Positions 49,831 through 62,477 of a stretch of DNA of 64,000 bases are shown piece after piece; position 1 is the stretch's first letter, and each line of letters starts with the position of its first letter. Source of the stretch: Hydrolagus colliei (lineage: Eukaryota); NCBI GenBank assembly GCA_035084275.1, contig CM068757.1:10540001-10604000 (forward strand), read 5' to 3'. The position numbers were made by a program, and so were the translations under genes. The notes beneath the pieces were generated by a model. That model had not been told where the DNA came from, searched no databases, and saw nothing but the letters and a program-made list of their open reading frames with translations.

Positions 49831-51367
49831 ACAACATCAGCATCATCATCATGTATCTTGGTCCATTTTCTTTTACAGAAACGTGTTGTACATCATTAAT
49901 ACACATTCACAGTTGCCCATGAATATGAATGTTTAACAAGACCAGCGATTATTCTCCTGACTGTTTACACCAGTCTGCTAGAAATCAGTTTGCTTTGCAT
50001 TTACCCTCTGAGCAACGTGCAGAAACGGCAGTCCTGTCTCCACACAAGGCACAGAATGTGTAGCTACACAAGGGATTTGACGACCTCAAACTCACAACTA
50101 ATGGAAACTTCCAGCTGAGACACACACACACGCAGATAATCTGGAGGTGAACTGCAGTGACTGAGACTAATATCTGAACAAGATGTCCATCCACTTGGGA
50201 ATTTAACGCAAGCTGCTGAGTAGTCTTCGTGGAAAATAAGTACATTTAGAAAAAATTGCTGTGGAAAATTTTCCCTTGACTTCCTGATTACCATTCGCCT
50301 CTGAATCAATAGGCTATGAGTACAACCCACATCACGGATTGTCTCCAGGTGTTTAATACCCCCAGCTCGTATGCCAAGCTAGGAGTATTAAACACCTTGG
50401 GATGTCCTCCAGGTGTGAAAGTTGCTGTATAAATGTAAATATGTATTATAAGGTACCATATTAAATGTAAGATTTAATATTATTTGACCATCAGGTGACA
50501 CTTGAAGCTCAGGATTGCCTGTTTGGGTAGACAATAACAACAACAAAATTATATTTGTGCAATGCCTTTCACATCAGGAGAAGCAGTTGCTGCACATTTG
50601 TCTATAAAAACAATCACTGCACTTGACCGTAATCACTGCTCCTTGTGACATTTCTACACACTAAGAAGCTGAAAGATGCAAGTTCTTCCTATATCTTCAA
50701 CAGTTATACTTTACAGTCTGGTTTACACTCTTGCTGTGATTTCTCAGGCAGAATGGACAAAAACAGAGCTATTCAATTTCTTATAAACAGAATTTGTTAG
50801 TGAGATTTATACACAATTGGAAGTCTAAACACTCATTTTTCGCCTCCCCCTCACCACAAGTCTCATTCCTCTGTTATTCTCTTCAATAATATCTCTCTCG
50901 ATTACCAGCCGGCATTGATTTCACTCGTGTTCCCAAAAACGTATTCATTTTTTTCTCCTCGAGAACATTATTTCCTCCATTATTCCTTCTTCCATGACCC
51001 ACTCCATCTTCTTCACCTCAGTGACATTTTGAGCTCTTGCAAACAAAATACATTCTGTCATATGCCAGGCATTGAAAAGGAATTTTGTTCTCACCACTCT
51101 GAACAGCAGCAAGATTTTCTATTGCTTTGTGCTTTTCTCTTCCCAAGGCCAAATTTTCTTGCGCTAGACAATCTGTTGTCTTGAATGGTACATGAATTTA
51201 CAATCCAATCCAATCTGTCCGCGTCTATCCATGTCTAGCCAGACACCATCTGAATTCAGCCTCCGCAAAGTTTTCCTCTACTCTGCAAATAGTTTTGAAT
51301 TTAAGTAATCTTTCTGCAACTTTCTCTTTCTCACTCCGTCTCTTCAAACAGTGCTAGCAATGACTAT

Positions 51368-51625
51368 GTGGTTTTAGCTCGTCAGCCTTCAGGAGCCCCC
51401 AACAGATCATCTGGGCTCCCTAAGCCTTGGCTCTTGTCAACATGTACCTATAGAATTAGGTAACCAAGATGTACCCCTCCAGGGAGAGAGTGTGCATTCC
51501 ATTCCAACAATCTATCTCTGGGATTTCTATCTTTAGGTCGTGTGCATGTAATTCTCCATTCAGTTTTGTGACTTATAAGCATCGTGATGGGTTTCCAAAT
51601 GTGTCAGACACCTGGCTGAGCAAAA
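51368..51625 (+). repeat. Unclassified dispersed repeat 'X'
   Basis: GTGGTTTTAGCT..CCTTGGCTCTTGTCAAC..AATTAGGTAA..CATTCCATTCCA..GTGTCAGACACCTGGCTGAGCAAAA. Confidence 0.7.
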
Positions 51626-51764
51626 AAATAATAATCTCCTTTGAAGATCATCAAAATTATTTGATGAATGATCTGCCACTTGACCTATCGCACCCTGGGT
51701 TTGACAGGAGGTAAGACCGATCTTATTTCCAATCATCTTCTCTTTTTCAACAATCATAATAATC

Positions 51765-51965
51765 CGTCCAAGAAACCCCACAATAATAAAAAATTGGTCA
51801 TTTTCAATGCACTACTGTTTGTGGGACACTGCTGTGTGCAATTTGCTGCTGGGTTTCGCCCACAAATATAATCAATTCGCTTTACAATATATTCTGTGAA
51901 GCGCTTTGAGACATCGATAAGATATGAAAAGCACTATATCAAATGCAAGGATTATTATTATAATC
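51765..51965 (+). mobile_element. SINE body and tail
   Basis: AATTGGTCATTTTCAAT..GCGCTTTGAGACATCGATAAGATATGAAAAGCACTATATCAAATGCAAGG(ATT)n. Confidence 0.8.
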
Positions 51966-53448
51966 ATCAGGGATGTTTGTCTCTCTGAAATAGAAAAACG
52001 TTCTCCAATCACTCAAATTGTTCTTCTGCCTTCTATTCGAAAAGAGAAGGGAGCTTCTCCCAGAGACCTGGCCAACATTCCCCCCAAATAAAATTGGTCA
52101 CTCACTTCATGGCTGACACTCCCATGCCGTGTTAGGGGAACACTTGTAGAGTCAGCGATCAGTCCTTCGGATGGGTTCGAAGAGAGACATTGTGGTACAC
52201 ACAATGCCTGCTACCTTCATCTATAAACACAAATCACTACACATTTCAGAAACCTTGTGAAGTGTTTTGTAATGATTACAGCTACTTTGGATCATCTTCT
52301 AGATAAAAGTATCCTGTCTCTGTCAACAGCAAGAACCTTCAATGAAGTGAACTCAGTGGTTACGTAAATCACAGGGCACAACTGCAATAATTGGCAATAA
52401 TTGGGACTAGATTGTCAATTTCAATCACTCACAACCTATAACACAGTTATGTGCCTTTTCTCCAAACTTCAATTCTGTAGCCAAACAATGAGGTTAAATA
52501 ATGTAATCATCTGCCTGTTCAGGTGGGCGTTAAAGATCCTGTGGCACTGTTTCTCAATAGAGAATGGAGTTTCGTCCAATGTCTTGACCAACAATCCTCC
52601 AGACAAATGAATGAATAATGAATTCCCCATGATATGACAAAATGGCAGAATAGGCTTGAGTGGCTGAATGGCCTACTGCAGTTCCTGTTCCTATAATAGT
52701 TGTGAGCAAGGAACTGTGTGGAATAAGGAAACTTAGTTAAGGTTTTGCCCTGCCTGGGATAGAACCTGGGTCCTCCTACTTGCGTAAAGCATATATTTGT
52801 GCAGAATTATGGAAAATGGTAATATTCTGTCTTAATTTGAAAAATGGTTTTCCATAATAATTAACAATAATAATAATCCTTTATTTTGCTATATCACACT
52901 GGTGAAATTGTCAAAGTGCTTCATAGGATTTATACTGTGAAGTGTAGTGACTACTTGTTTTCTAGGTGAATTAAGACTGAGTGAAATAATTTTTCACAGT
53001 TCTTGACAAAATAAAATTTTATGATTGAAGAGGCCAAGTCTGGCCAATTGCAGGCCAAGTCTGGATAACATCCTTCACCTTGATGCAAACACACATCCAA
53101 TGTTTCCTTTATTGGAAAATGGTGACCAAGGGGCCAGAGAAATGGGGATTAATGACGGCCAGAAAGAATAGAGCCACAAGCAACAATATAATACTGCTTC
53201 TTCTGCCCTTCTGTGTTGATATTGCGCTATGAAATCAACTGAAAATCAAAGCATTTGTTTCAAAGAAGAACTCCCGACCAGAGAGATATAATAAATAATG
53301 ATAATAATTCTTATATTTTATGGAGCTCATGTCATGCATGGAGCATCTTCAAAGGTTTTACTTGGCTCTTGACAACCCATACTGATAACCTAAAGTATTA
53401 AATAAACTGTGTATGTCCCTCCAGGGGAGAGAGTGTGAAAATAATAAT

Positions 53449-54160
53449 CCGTGCCTTGACCGGCACCGCTTATTTCCACCTATGTAACATTGCCAGGCTC
53501 CGCAACTATCTCACCCCCTTGAAAGCTGCCGAAACACTCGTGCATGCATACATCACCTCACGGCTGGACTATGGAAACTCTCTCCTCGTTGGCCTCCCCA
53601 GTTCCTCCATTCACAGGTTGTAGGTCATCCAAAACTCTGCAGCCCATGTACTATCCTGCACCCGCCTCCGCGGCCACATAACCCCCACCCTCGCCCGTCT
53701 CCACTGGCTCCGCATCCTCCAGAGGATCGAGTTCAAGATCCTCGTCCTCACCTTCAAGGCCTTACACGGCCTTGCCCCACCCTATTTAACCGATCTACTC
53801 TCACCCTATAAGCCCACCCGGACCCTCCGTTCAGCAGGAAGTGGCCTGCTCCAAGCCCCTCGCCCGAACCGCCCCACCATCGGAGGCCGGGCCTTCAGTT
53901 TCTCCGCTCCCACCCTGTGGAATTCCATCCCCTAATCCCTCCGCCTTGTTTCTTCCCTTTCCTCTTTCAAGGCCGGTTTGAAGACTTTCCTCTTCGACCG
54001 TGCCTTTTGTTCCTCGAACTTTTCGACCTCCCCTACGTGTTTCACCCCTTCCCGAACACTCCCCTCCCAGCTCGGGTCACACGCCTCCTGTGCAGCGCCT
54101 TGGGACGTCCTCCCGACGTGAAAGGCGCTTTATAAGTTTAAGTTGTTGTTGTTGTTGTTG
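53449..54160 (+). mobile_element. LINE2 3' ~0.7 kb, relatively young
   Basis: [39 protein letters not shown], then LHWL..IEFKILVLTFKALHGLAP; CpG-rich; tail AGCGCCTTGGGACGTCCTCCCGACGTGAAAGGCGCT..(TTG)n. Confidence 0.95.
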
Positions 54161-54929
54161 TGGACGCCCGGCTGCTGAGGTGTTGTAGTATGTTCATTGA
54201 CCTGTAATACAGCCACAGAGCATCACCGCCTATGGGAGGGGATACTTATCTAAGATGTTGGGGCACTAATCAAGCAAGCGTTTCTGTCCTGAGCTCGATG
54301 CGTGCACCCCACCACGTTCAGCCTCTTTTATTCGCGTGCCGGCTCGGTAACCGGGAAGCTGGGAGATTGGTGGAGTGAGATGTGATGAGACGAAAGGCAG
54401 ATCGGATTCAAGTTGCGGGACCTCAATCTGCTCCTATTAACATGCTGTTAGTGTCTTCCACGTTTCTGCAGCAGGCAGGTCTGTGCAATTCACCAGAGCC
54501 CTGAGGTGACCTTGAACTGTGCTCTGCAGATTCTACCATTAATCACCCAATAATGATACCCAGTCACATGCCGATGACCTTACAGTGTGTTCTCAACCTG
54601 TTACAACAGGATGTAAATAACCCCACATGCTTCAGTACAGAAACGCATTTCTCAAACATGAACTGTCAGGGTGGCCGTTGCTTGCTTTACAAATTAATAT
54701 TTTTTCAATAATATTTAATATTCCTTCCTTCCGATGAATTGTGAATCTGAGATCCATTTATGTGGAGCCCCAAAGCATAGTGGTTAGCAAACGACCCTCA
54801 CAAACGAGAGGACCCGGGTTCAATTCCCAGTGGGGGGAAAACCTTGGGAAAGTTTCTTTACAACTGGCCAACAATCTTCATGGCTCTCCGTGGGTCACTG
54901 CTGTTTTGGGAATGTCTACTGTGTTTATC

Positions 54930-55325
54930 ATCATTCTTGCATTTTGATATTACACCTTCTCAGCGTTCCACAGGGTTTACTGTAAAGTGTAATGATTGTG
55001 CATGTAGTAGGCAAATGGGCAGCCAATATGTGCTCAGTAATGTCAACAAACAGCCAAGAAGTGAATGAATTAATTGGGGGTATTTTTAGCCAGGACATTG
55101 GGAGAAAATCTTTTCCAATAGTGCCATGGGATCTTTAACGTCTACCTGAACAGACAGACTGGATCTGAGTTTGATCATCTCATTCAAAGGGCATGTCTGA
55201 CAATGCAAAACACTACCCACCACACACACTACACTGGAGAGTCAGCATATAATATATGTCCTGACATAGAGTTTGAACCTACATACAGTCTTCAGACTCA
55301 GAGTGCTATCAACTGAGCTAGATTA
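54930..55325 (-). mobile_element. Deu-SINE
   Basis: ATAGTGCCATGGGATCTTTAACGTCTACCTGAACAG..AGTGCTATCAACTGAGC. Confidence 0.8.
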
Positions 55326-55429
55326 ACACCTAAAATGTACAGTTACTTTATTAAGAACAATTTCCTGCAAATTGTTTTGAGGCGTTTCGACATTGCAGGC
55401 GTTAGTTAAATCTTATTAATATGGTTTTT

Positions 55430-55700
55430 GAGAACAAGATGAAAGATTTGAAACAGAATCACTGAGATCAGGAAGCATTTCCTCACACAGAGGCTGTGAA
55501 ATGAGGAACCCTGTGCCCTAGAAAGCTGGTGATGTAGAATTAATAGTCATTTTTAAAAGCGAGACAGATGGAGCCTTGGGGAGCAGAAGTATCAAGCAGT
55601 AAATGCAGGGATTGGGATTAAAACATCTGCTAAAATTTTAAATGAGTGGACAAGCTCGATGGGCTGAATGGCCACCTGTCTCTGATTTCCCATGTTGAGT
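55430..55700 (+). mobile_element. Old CR1 3' fragment
   Basis: CAGGAAGCATTTCCTCACACAGAGG..GATGGGCTGAATGGCC. Confidence 0.65.
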
Positions 55701-55824
55701 TATGCAATACAGTCCCCCATTGGGACTTCTCTGCACCATTTACCTTGAACTGTTGTGTACCGATGCACTCCAATCAGATTTGTTCATATTGATTTAACTG
55801 GGGCTTCACTAATAATAAAAACAG

Positions 55825-56200
55825 TAATAATAGTAATCCATGCATTTGATGTGGTGCCTGATCACATCATTGAGACTTCTCAAAGCGATTCGCAGAATAT
55901 ATTGTAAAGTGAATTGACTGTATATTTTGTGAGCAAAATGTTGTAGCCAATTGGGCACAGCAGTCTCCCACAAACAGTCATGGATTGAGTGACCAAATTA
56001 TCAATAATTTTTTTTAGAAGTGATTATTGCTTCCGGAAAATGATCTGCCAATTGACTACCAACCAGGTTCCTACTTACTACAGTACATGCTAGGTAACCA
56101 GAGGCGTGTAGAGTAAGGAAACTTTCTTAAGGTTTCCCCCAGTACGGGAATCGAATTTCAGTCCACTCACTTGCGAAGTGAGTGCATTAGCCACTACACT
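55825..56200 (-). mobile_element. tRNA-Ala-like SINE with extra internal domain
   Basis: Tail, body, GGTTCCTACTTACT..GAGTAAGGAAAC, and head. Confidence 0.8.
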
Positions 56201-56616
56201 CCAGTGGCTATGGTAGAGATCAGCCTTTGGCAATAACAACTTCCCATCTTACGTTCCATCAGGAACAATCGCTCCAGGATCAGGGACAACAGAGGTTAGA
56301 AACCGAGTGAAACTGCTTCCTGTTCCCCTCCAACAACATCCATTAATCTCAATTTCAGTACAATGCTGCTCTAATTCTTTCCAATTTCAACACCAGCTGT
56401 TCTGTGACCTCTGAGACTGGAAGTCCCACACGGCACTCAACTGAAGGCAAATAACCCCTAACATTTAAGAAAAAAGTCCTGCAACAAGCACAGAGGGGAA
56501 AGCTTACTAGCGAGCATTGCAGTGTTAAATATATCCTTTCATAATAATAATCATCTTTGCATTTCATAAAGCGTCTTATCATGCAGTTGAGACATTTTTC
56601 AAAGCGCTTTACAGAT

Positions 56617-56980
56617 TAATAATAATAATAATAATCCTTGCATTTGATATAGCGCTGTTCACGTCTTCTGGACGTCTCAAAGTCTTTTATACTATAAACT
56701 GGATTGACTGTATGATTTGTGGGTGGAACGCAACAGCCAGTTGTGCACAAGAGTATCTCACAAACAGTCGTGGATTGAGCGACTATTCCATCCAAAACAA
56801 CAAGAGGGATTATTACTTGTGGAAAGGGAATAGCCATCAATTGGCTAACAACCAATTGCTACTTACTGCCGAGGTGTGTGTGAAGCCAGGAAATTTGCCT
56901 AAGAATTCACCCTAACTGGCAATCCGATTCAGGTCCTCTCCTTTGCGAGGTGAATGCTCTAACCACTACGCTACAGAATT
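56617..56980 (-). mobile_element. tRNA-Ala-like SINE
   Basis: (AAT)n tail through TTTGCGAGGTGAATGCTCTAACCACTACGCTACAG. Confidence 0.8.
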
Positions 56981-57669
56981 CTACCTTTGATTATACTTTT
57001 GATTATACCCTAGACTTTGAGCTCCCAGTGTCGTTTGACACTGCAATGGAGTTTTGGGGATGCGTTGGATTATCAGAGATAAAATTGGTCATTCACTTCA
57101 TTAATATTGTTATATATTATATATATGTTAATGTCCACCCAATTATTATTAATTATAATTGTCATTATTGGTACCATTCTTAATTATAATTCATGATAAT
57201 TAATAACGATAATAATAATCCTTGCATCTAATATATCACCTTTTATGTTAGGAGGACTGCTCAAGGCACTTCCTAGAATTTCATAACATAATAATATTAA
57301 CATTCAGCATTATATATATAATGCCCCAAATTCACGTTAGAATCCTAGAGTGCTTGATTTGGTGGGAAAGGTGTGTCAACAGGACTGAACGGTTTGCTCT
57401 TTCAAAAACAAACCTACAGACACGGTGGGTAAATTCTACAGTTCTCCTCCAACTGATTTAAAACACTGCACGTTTTTTTTTACAACAAAAAAAGTGAATA
57501 TAAATAACAGTTGGATATCACCCCCTGGAGAAACATTAAACTCTCATTAAAAAATAAATGAACATTAAAAAAAACATGAGCTATTTCTGTTCTGTGAAGT
57601 TAACAAACCTTTAATGGGACACAGGGAAATTCGACTCGTAAATCAGTGATGAGAACAGCTTTCAAATCA

Positions 57670-57850
57670 CCCTTTGGATGAGGCGTTAAACTGAGGCCCC
57701 GTCTGCCTTTTCAGGTGGATATTAAAGATCCCATAGCACTACTCAACAAGAGAAAGTCATTTCTTCTGATATCTTGGCCAGCAATCCCCCAGATAAAATT
57801 AGTCATTTACTTCTTGGCTGTTCAAGGCACAATGCACAAATTGGCTGCTA
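57670..57850 (+). mobile_element. Deu-SINE central fragment
   Basis: GGATGAGGCGTTAAACTGAGGCCCCGTCTGCC..TTAAAGATCCCATAGCAC. Confidence 0.8.
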
Positions 57851-60095
57851 TGATCACTCAACAATAAGAATAGTAATAAGAAGTAGAATCATCCTTGCAT
57901 CTAATATACATCAGAAGGGCTCAAAGCTGAAAGGATTTTACGGAATCACTGTGTTTGGTAGAAATTCCACCCACATCTCAAGTGCAGTGACTGTGTATTT
58001 TGTAGGGAAACATGGCAGCCAATTTGCGCAGTCACAGTATTTTACCGACTGTGACAGTAAGCACAGTCACTACACTTTACAGCAAATCATTTGAGATATT
58101 TCTATGACATGATAAGGCGCTGGATCAAACGCATGGATTGTTATGATTCACATTCCAGTGGGCAGTCCGTCAGTTGATAGTTTAGGTTGTTTCTTGATTG
58201 CCACTGTAACACCGCTTCCCAGGACCCTGCTGCCTGTGGCTCTCGGCTACAAACAGATGGGGACAGAAGTCAGATGTTCACACTTGCACCAGTACACCCC
58301 GACACCATGCAGATTAAAGTGCAGAGCGGAGCAGACATCACCATGGAGACGGGCACACACAACCCAGCTCTGAGGTTGGTGTCATCTGCCTTCAAAATGT
58401 CACTGGATTGTGGTCACAGAGTTGGCGAATAATAATAATAATAATAATAATAATTGTTGTATTCGATATAGCGCCTCTTCACGTCTTCTAGACGTCTCAA
58501 AGTGCTTAGCAGAATATGCTGTAAAGTGAATTGGCTGTATTTTTTGGGCAAAACGCGGCCTCTTTTCTCTCATTTAGGCTTGGAATGGACAGCTCCACTG
58601 GAATCTTTGGCATAATTCTGCATCGTGTTAAATTTAAAGACATAACAATGTTGCTGGCTAAGAACAGGTAGAATTCTGGGTCCAGGGATCAAGATATAAC
58701 TAAAAGGAATAACTGAACTACCAAATGTCAGACAATGAACATAAACGTGAAATAATTTTTGCTCAGAGGGTAATTAATGGCAGGAAACAGGTTGCAAGTC
58801 AGGGAGGGTGAGGCTGAGACACTGTGATGCGGAACAGTAAGGTGGGTGTACTGAAAGGATGAGATCAGATGGGCCAAAGGGCCTTGTTCACCCAAACCAA
58901 TCTTGTGATCCAGTTAATCAACTTACCCAATGATGGACAGTCCGCAGACTATGGAATAACCAAATGCTAAGCAGTCTGCCTGAATATGAAAGTCCATCAC
59001 AGAATGATGGTAACAATAATATCATTTTCTTTCAGTTCTGTGCTTTTTGCTGCCTGAGGATCTCATTAAATCTTTTGCTTTGCTCCCACTTGTAATGAGC
59101 ACCTGAGGGCTGACAGACTCCAGGATGGCAACAAAATCAACCTCTCTCTGCCTCGATATAAGCTAGCGCTGCTCTCTCACTCCGTGCATCCAACAGGAGG
59201 AAATATCCACATGGCAATTTATGAAGGAGGATTTCGGAAAACAGATGAACCTTCATAAAGCAATGTGTCCCCAGAATGGCTGGGAGGGAAAACGGGACTC
59301 GGCTGAATAAGGAACCAAAACAAATCTCAAACGGTATTTCATCGACGAGTGAAGAACTCAGAGCTTTTAGACCAAGAAACAAGTCATCAAACAACAATAA
59401 CAAATCATATTTGCATTGCGCCTTTCAAGTCAGGAGGGTGTCCCAAGGTGCTTGACAGTCAAACCTGCTGTTTTTCTTGTATTGGCCTTCAGGCAGACAT
59501 CTTGGTTTACATCACAGATTCCAATATAACAATCAAATAATTATTCATAACCCAGAAAGTAGCCAATTTAGAGCAAAAGTCAGCCAGCGGGCAGAAAGCA
59601 GATTGACTGCATGGTTAGGCCGGCTGCATAGGTGAGTTTCATGCACGCATAGTGCAGCTGTGTTCTGACTAAATTCCTGCTGCAAGAGAAATGTTTTGTC
59701 GTGAGGCTCTGCCGTGCAATCTTCATTTTCATAGAATTTTACAGCACAAAAGGAGGCCATTCGGCCCATTATGTCTTTGCCGGCTCTTTAAAAAGAGCCA
59801 TTGAAAGTCAAGCCCACTCCACAGCTCTCTCCCCATAACCCCTCAAACTTGTCCTCCCCAAATAATCATCCACCTCCCTTTTAAAAGTTGTTATTTTGAA
59901 GCCTGTTTTCGACACATCTTTTCAAGCACTAGAGAGAAAAAATGCCTTCAAAATTAAGACTGAGTTTAGGAATTTGCCAAATTGTGGCATAATATAATTG
60001 TGGTATACTAATGCCAATCATTACATTTGATATAGCGCTTTTCACACCTTCTCTGAAACACTGTAAATCTGGAGCCAAGTGGACTGAAACGATGG

Positions 60096-60173
60096 CTATT
60101 TTTAGCGAATAGCATGCAACAAACTCATTTAATTTCCCATTCTAAAGAGTCAGCGAAAGGGTTGTTATATTTA
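60096..60173. promoter_or_regulatory. Pair of MEF2-consensus motifs in unique DNA
   Basis: CTATTTTTAG (60096-60105) and TTATATTTAG (~60165); motif match only. Confidence 0.25.
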
Positions 60174-60619
60174 GCGATCGGGCACAAATAAACCACAATT
60201 CCTGCCTTGTACTTTGAGACCTCAGAATAAATCCCGGTGCCTCTGGCGGTTTCCAAAAAAGCTGTTGGCGATCTGTTATAAAAACCCATTCCTGTTCAAA
60301 ATGGGCTGTTTGCACTGATGGCCTGAAAGTCCCTCCCGGGAAAGGCAACCTTTTGATGTAAATTATGGTCTTTACCATTTTTGCACTTGTATCAATAAAT
60401 CACAAGTCACTATTGTAACTTGTGATTCCTCAAGGGCATTTACACTGCTAATTGTCCTCCTGCAAAGCGAGTCTGACACTAACTAGTTTTCAATATAATG
60501 GATTTGACAGTCTCCTACACTGGGGAGAAAATGCCTCCACAGAGGTTTTACTTTTGCAAATCCAGAAAGTATGGGTCACAAATCATCTTGTTCTTGTGCT
60601 AGGTTCAGATTCAACCCTA

Positions 60620-60890
60620 AAGACACACAGACACACGGACAATTGGGCACAGAGACACACACACAGACATAGGTATGTACACATGCACACAAACATGCAC
60701 ATTAGGACATACTCACACACGTGTGCAGACTGGGACAGACAGACACACATACGCACAAACAGTCAGAAGATACATACCACACTCATCCATACACACAGGT
60801 GCGTATGCATACATAATTAGATAGGGACATACAAACAGGCAGACAGACAAACACACACGCGCGCATACACACTAGCACACACAGATCACA
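60620..60890 (+). repeat. CA/CAGA-rich degenerate microsatellite
   Basis: Seen directly. Confidence 0.85.
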
Positions 60891-61435
60891 CCATCCTCTT
60901 TGATTGTGCTACAGTCACTTCCCTCTCTCCCCAACTCGGCGACAGACACTGTCACTAAAACACTACTCACTTGAAAGATGATACAGTATACAAATGCAAG
61001 TTGTTGCTGTTGTATATTATACAAAAAGAAATATAGTAGCAAGAGGAAACCATTTGATTATATGAAGCTGCTCTGTAATTTTATTAAATCACCTGGCAGC
61101 CATTTATACTCTATTCGAATTTACTCACCTTTTCTCCTCAGCCCTTTTGACCCCCTTCCCAAGCATCTGTCTGTCTGTCTGTCTTTTCAACATCCCATTC
61201 TGCATCTATGGCTTTCTGGGGCTGTGGATTCCACATTCCTACCACCCTCTGTGTGAAACATATTTCTGATCTAATTTCAAACAAGGCTTAGCTCCAATTT
61301 TACCATTGTGCAATGAGGCATATAAAGCTTTCAGTAAAACAGAAATACATATATATGTATATATATAGAGAGAGAGAGAGTGAAACATGCATACACACTA
61401 CACATATACACACAATGCGGACAGAGTCCGTGTTG

Positions 61436-61660
61436 TGGAGTTGCATAGCGTATTGGTTAGAGAACTCGCCTCGCAAGTGAGAGGACCTGGGTTTGATTCC
61501 CGGGCAGGGCAAAACCTTAGACAAGTTTCATTACTTCACAAATCTGTGTTTACCTAGCAGTAAGTAGGAACCCAGTTGTTAGTTGATTGACGGATCACTT
61601 TCCGAGATAATAATCCCTTCCACAAAAAATGTGGTCAAGTAATCTATTTGTGGGACACCA
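61436..61660 (+). mobile_element. tRNA-Ala-like SINE 5' part with extra internal domain
   Basis: GGTTAGAGAACTCGCCTCGCAAGTGAGAGGACCTGGGTTTGATTCCC..CTGTGTTTACCTAGCAGTAAGTAGGAACCC. Confidence 0.85.
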
Positions 61661-62477
61661 CTGTTTATTTTCGATAGTGTTATATGAGTGTGAGTTAAGC
61701 TGCTCTTGAAGTACAGCTTTTTTTGGCAAAACAGCTAGATTGACACCTCTGCCCCCTCGGTAAGAATAAATCACTACCACCCTGAAAACACAGATTTATT
61801 TTGTGTAGATACAGTGACAAAAAAAATGAAATGACTGCCAGAGCAAGTATAAATTAATGGCTGATGTACAGGACATGTGAGTTTGGAAAGACATTGTAGG
61901 ACTGTCATTAGCATTGGGAAGAATGCCCACAATGTACCAGAGCTACACCATCTGCCATGTGCAAGCTCATTTTAGTGCCCTCCGCACAACTGAGAGGCAG
62001 CCTGAACCGTTTCAACTTCAGACGATTAACAGACATCCACTGTCTAATGATAGTGCATATTCTTAGTGCTGACAAGATCTCTTTATGGTGACTGCAGTGT
62101 AATATGTGGATGTCTTATTTATTTATGCTTCTCCCCTCCCCCCACGCACTCTCACACAGACACGTACATATACAAAAGAAACAAGCAAATTCCCATGTCT
62201 TCACAATAGCAGCTGGCCTCTGTGTTGATTAACTCCTTCAAAACAAAATTGGATAAACATCTACTTGTGGACAGGGATAAGGGGCAGGCTGAGATGGGCA
62301 AACAATTCAGGAGATCCACCCAATGGCTTGTGTGTTATTGGGCTCAGTAGGGAAATATTGTCTGTGAAGGAAAGGAGATCAAGTCTGAATATTGAAGACA
62401 GATGAGTATCGAAGGGTTTGGCCTGATTGATTATTGCACTAAGAGATAGAGTGGTGGTTGAAGACCATGATAGGTGG

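Noticed and set aside
59195-59310. Acceptor-like CCAACAG followed by a short open frame (EEISTWQFMKEDFGKQ..)
   Set aside because: No recognisable homology and no supporting neighbouring exons.
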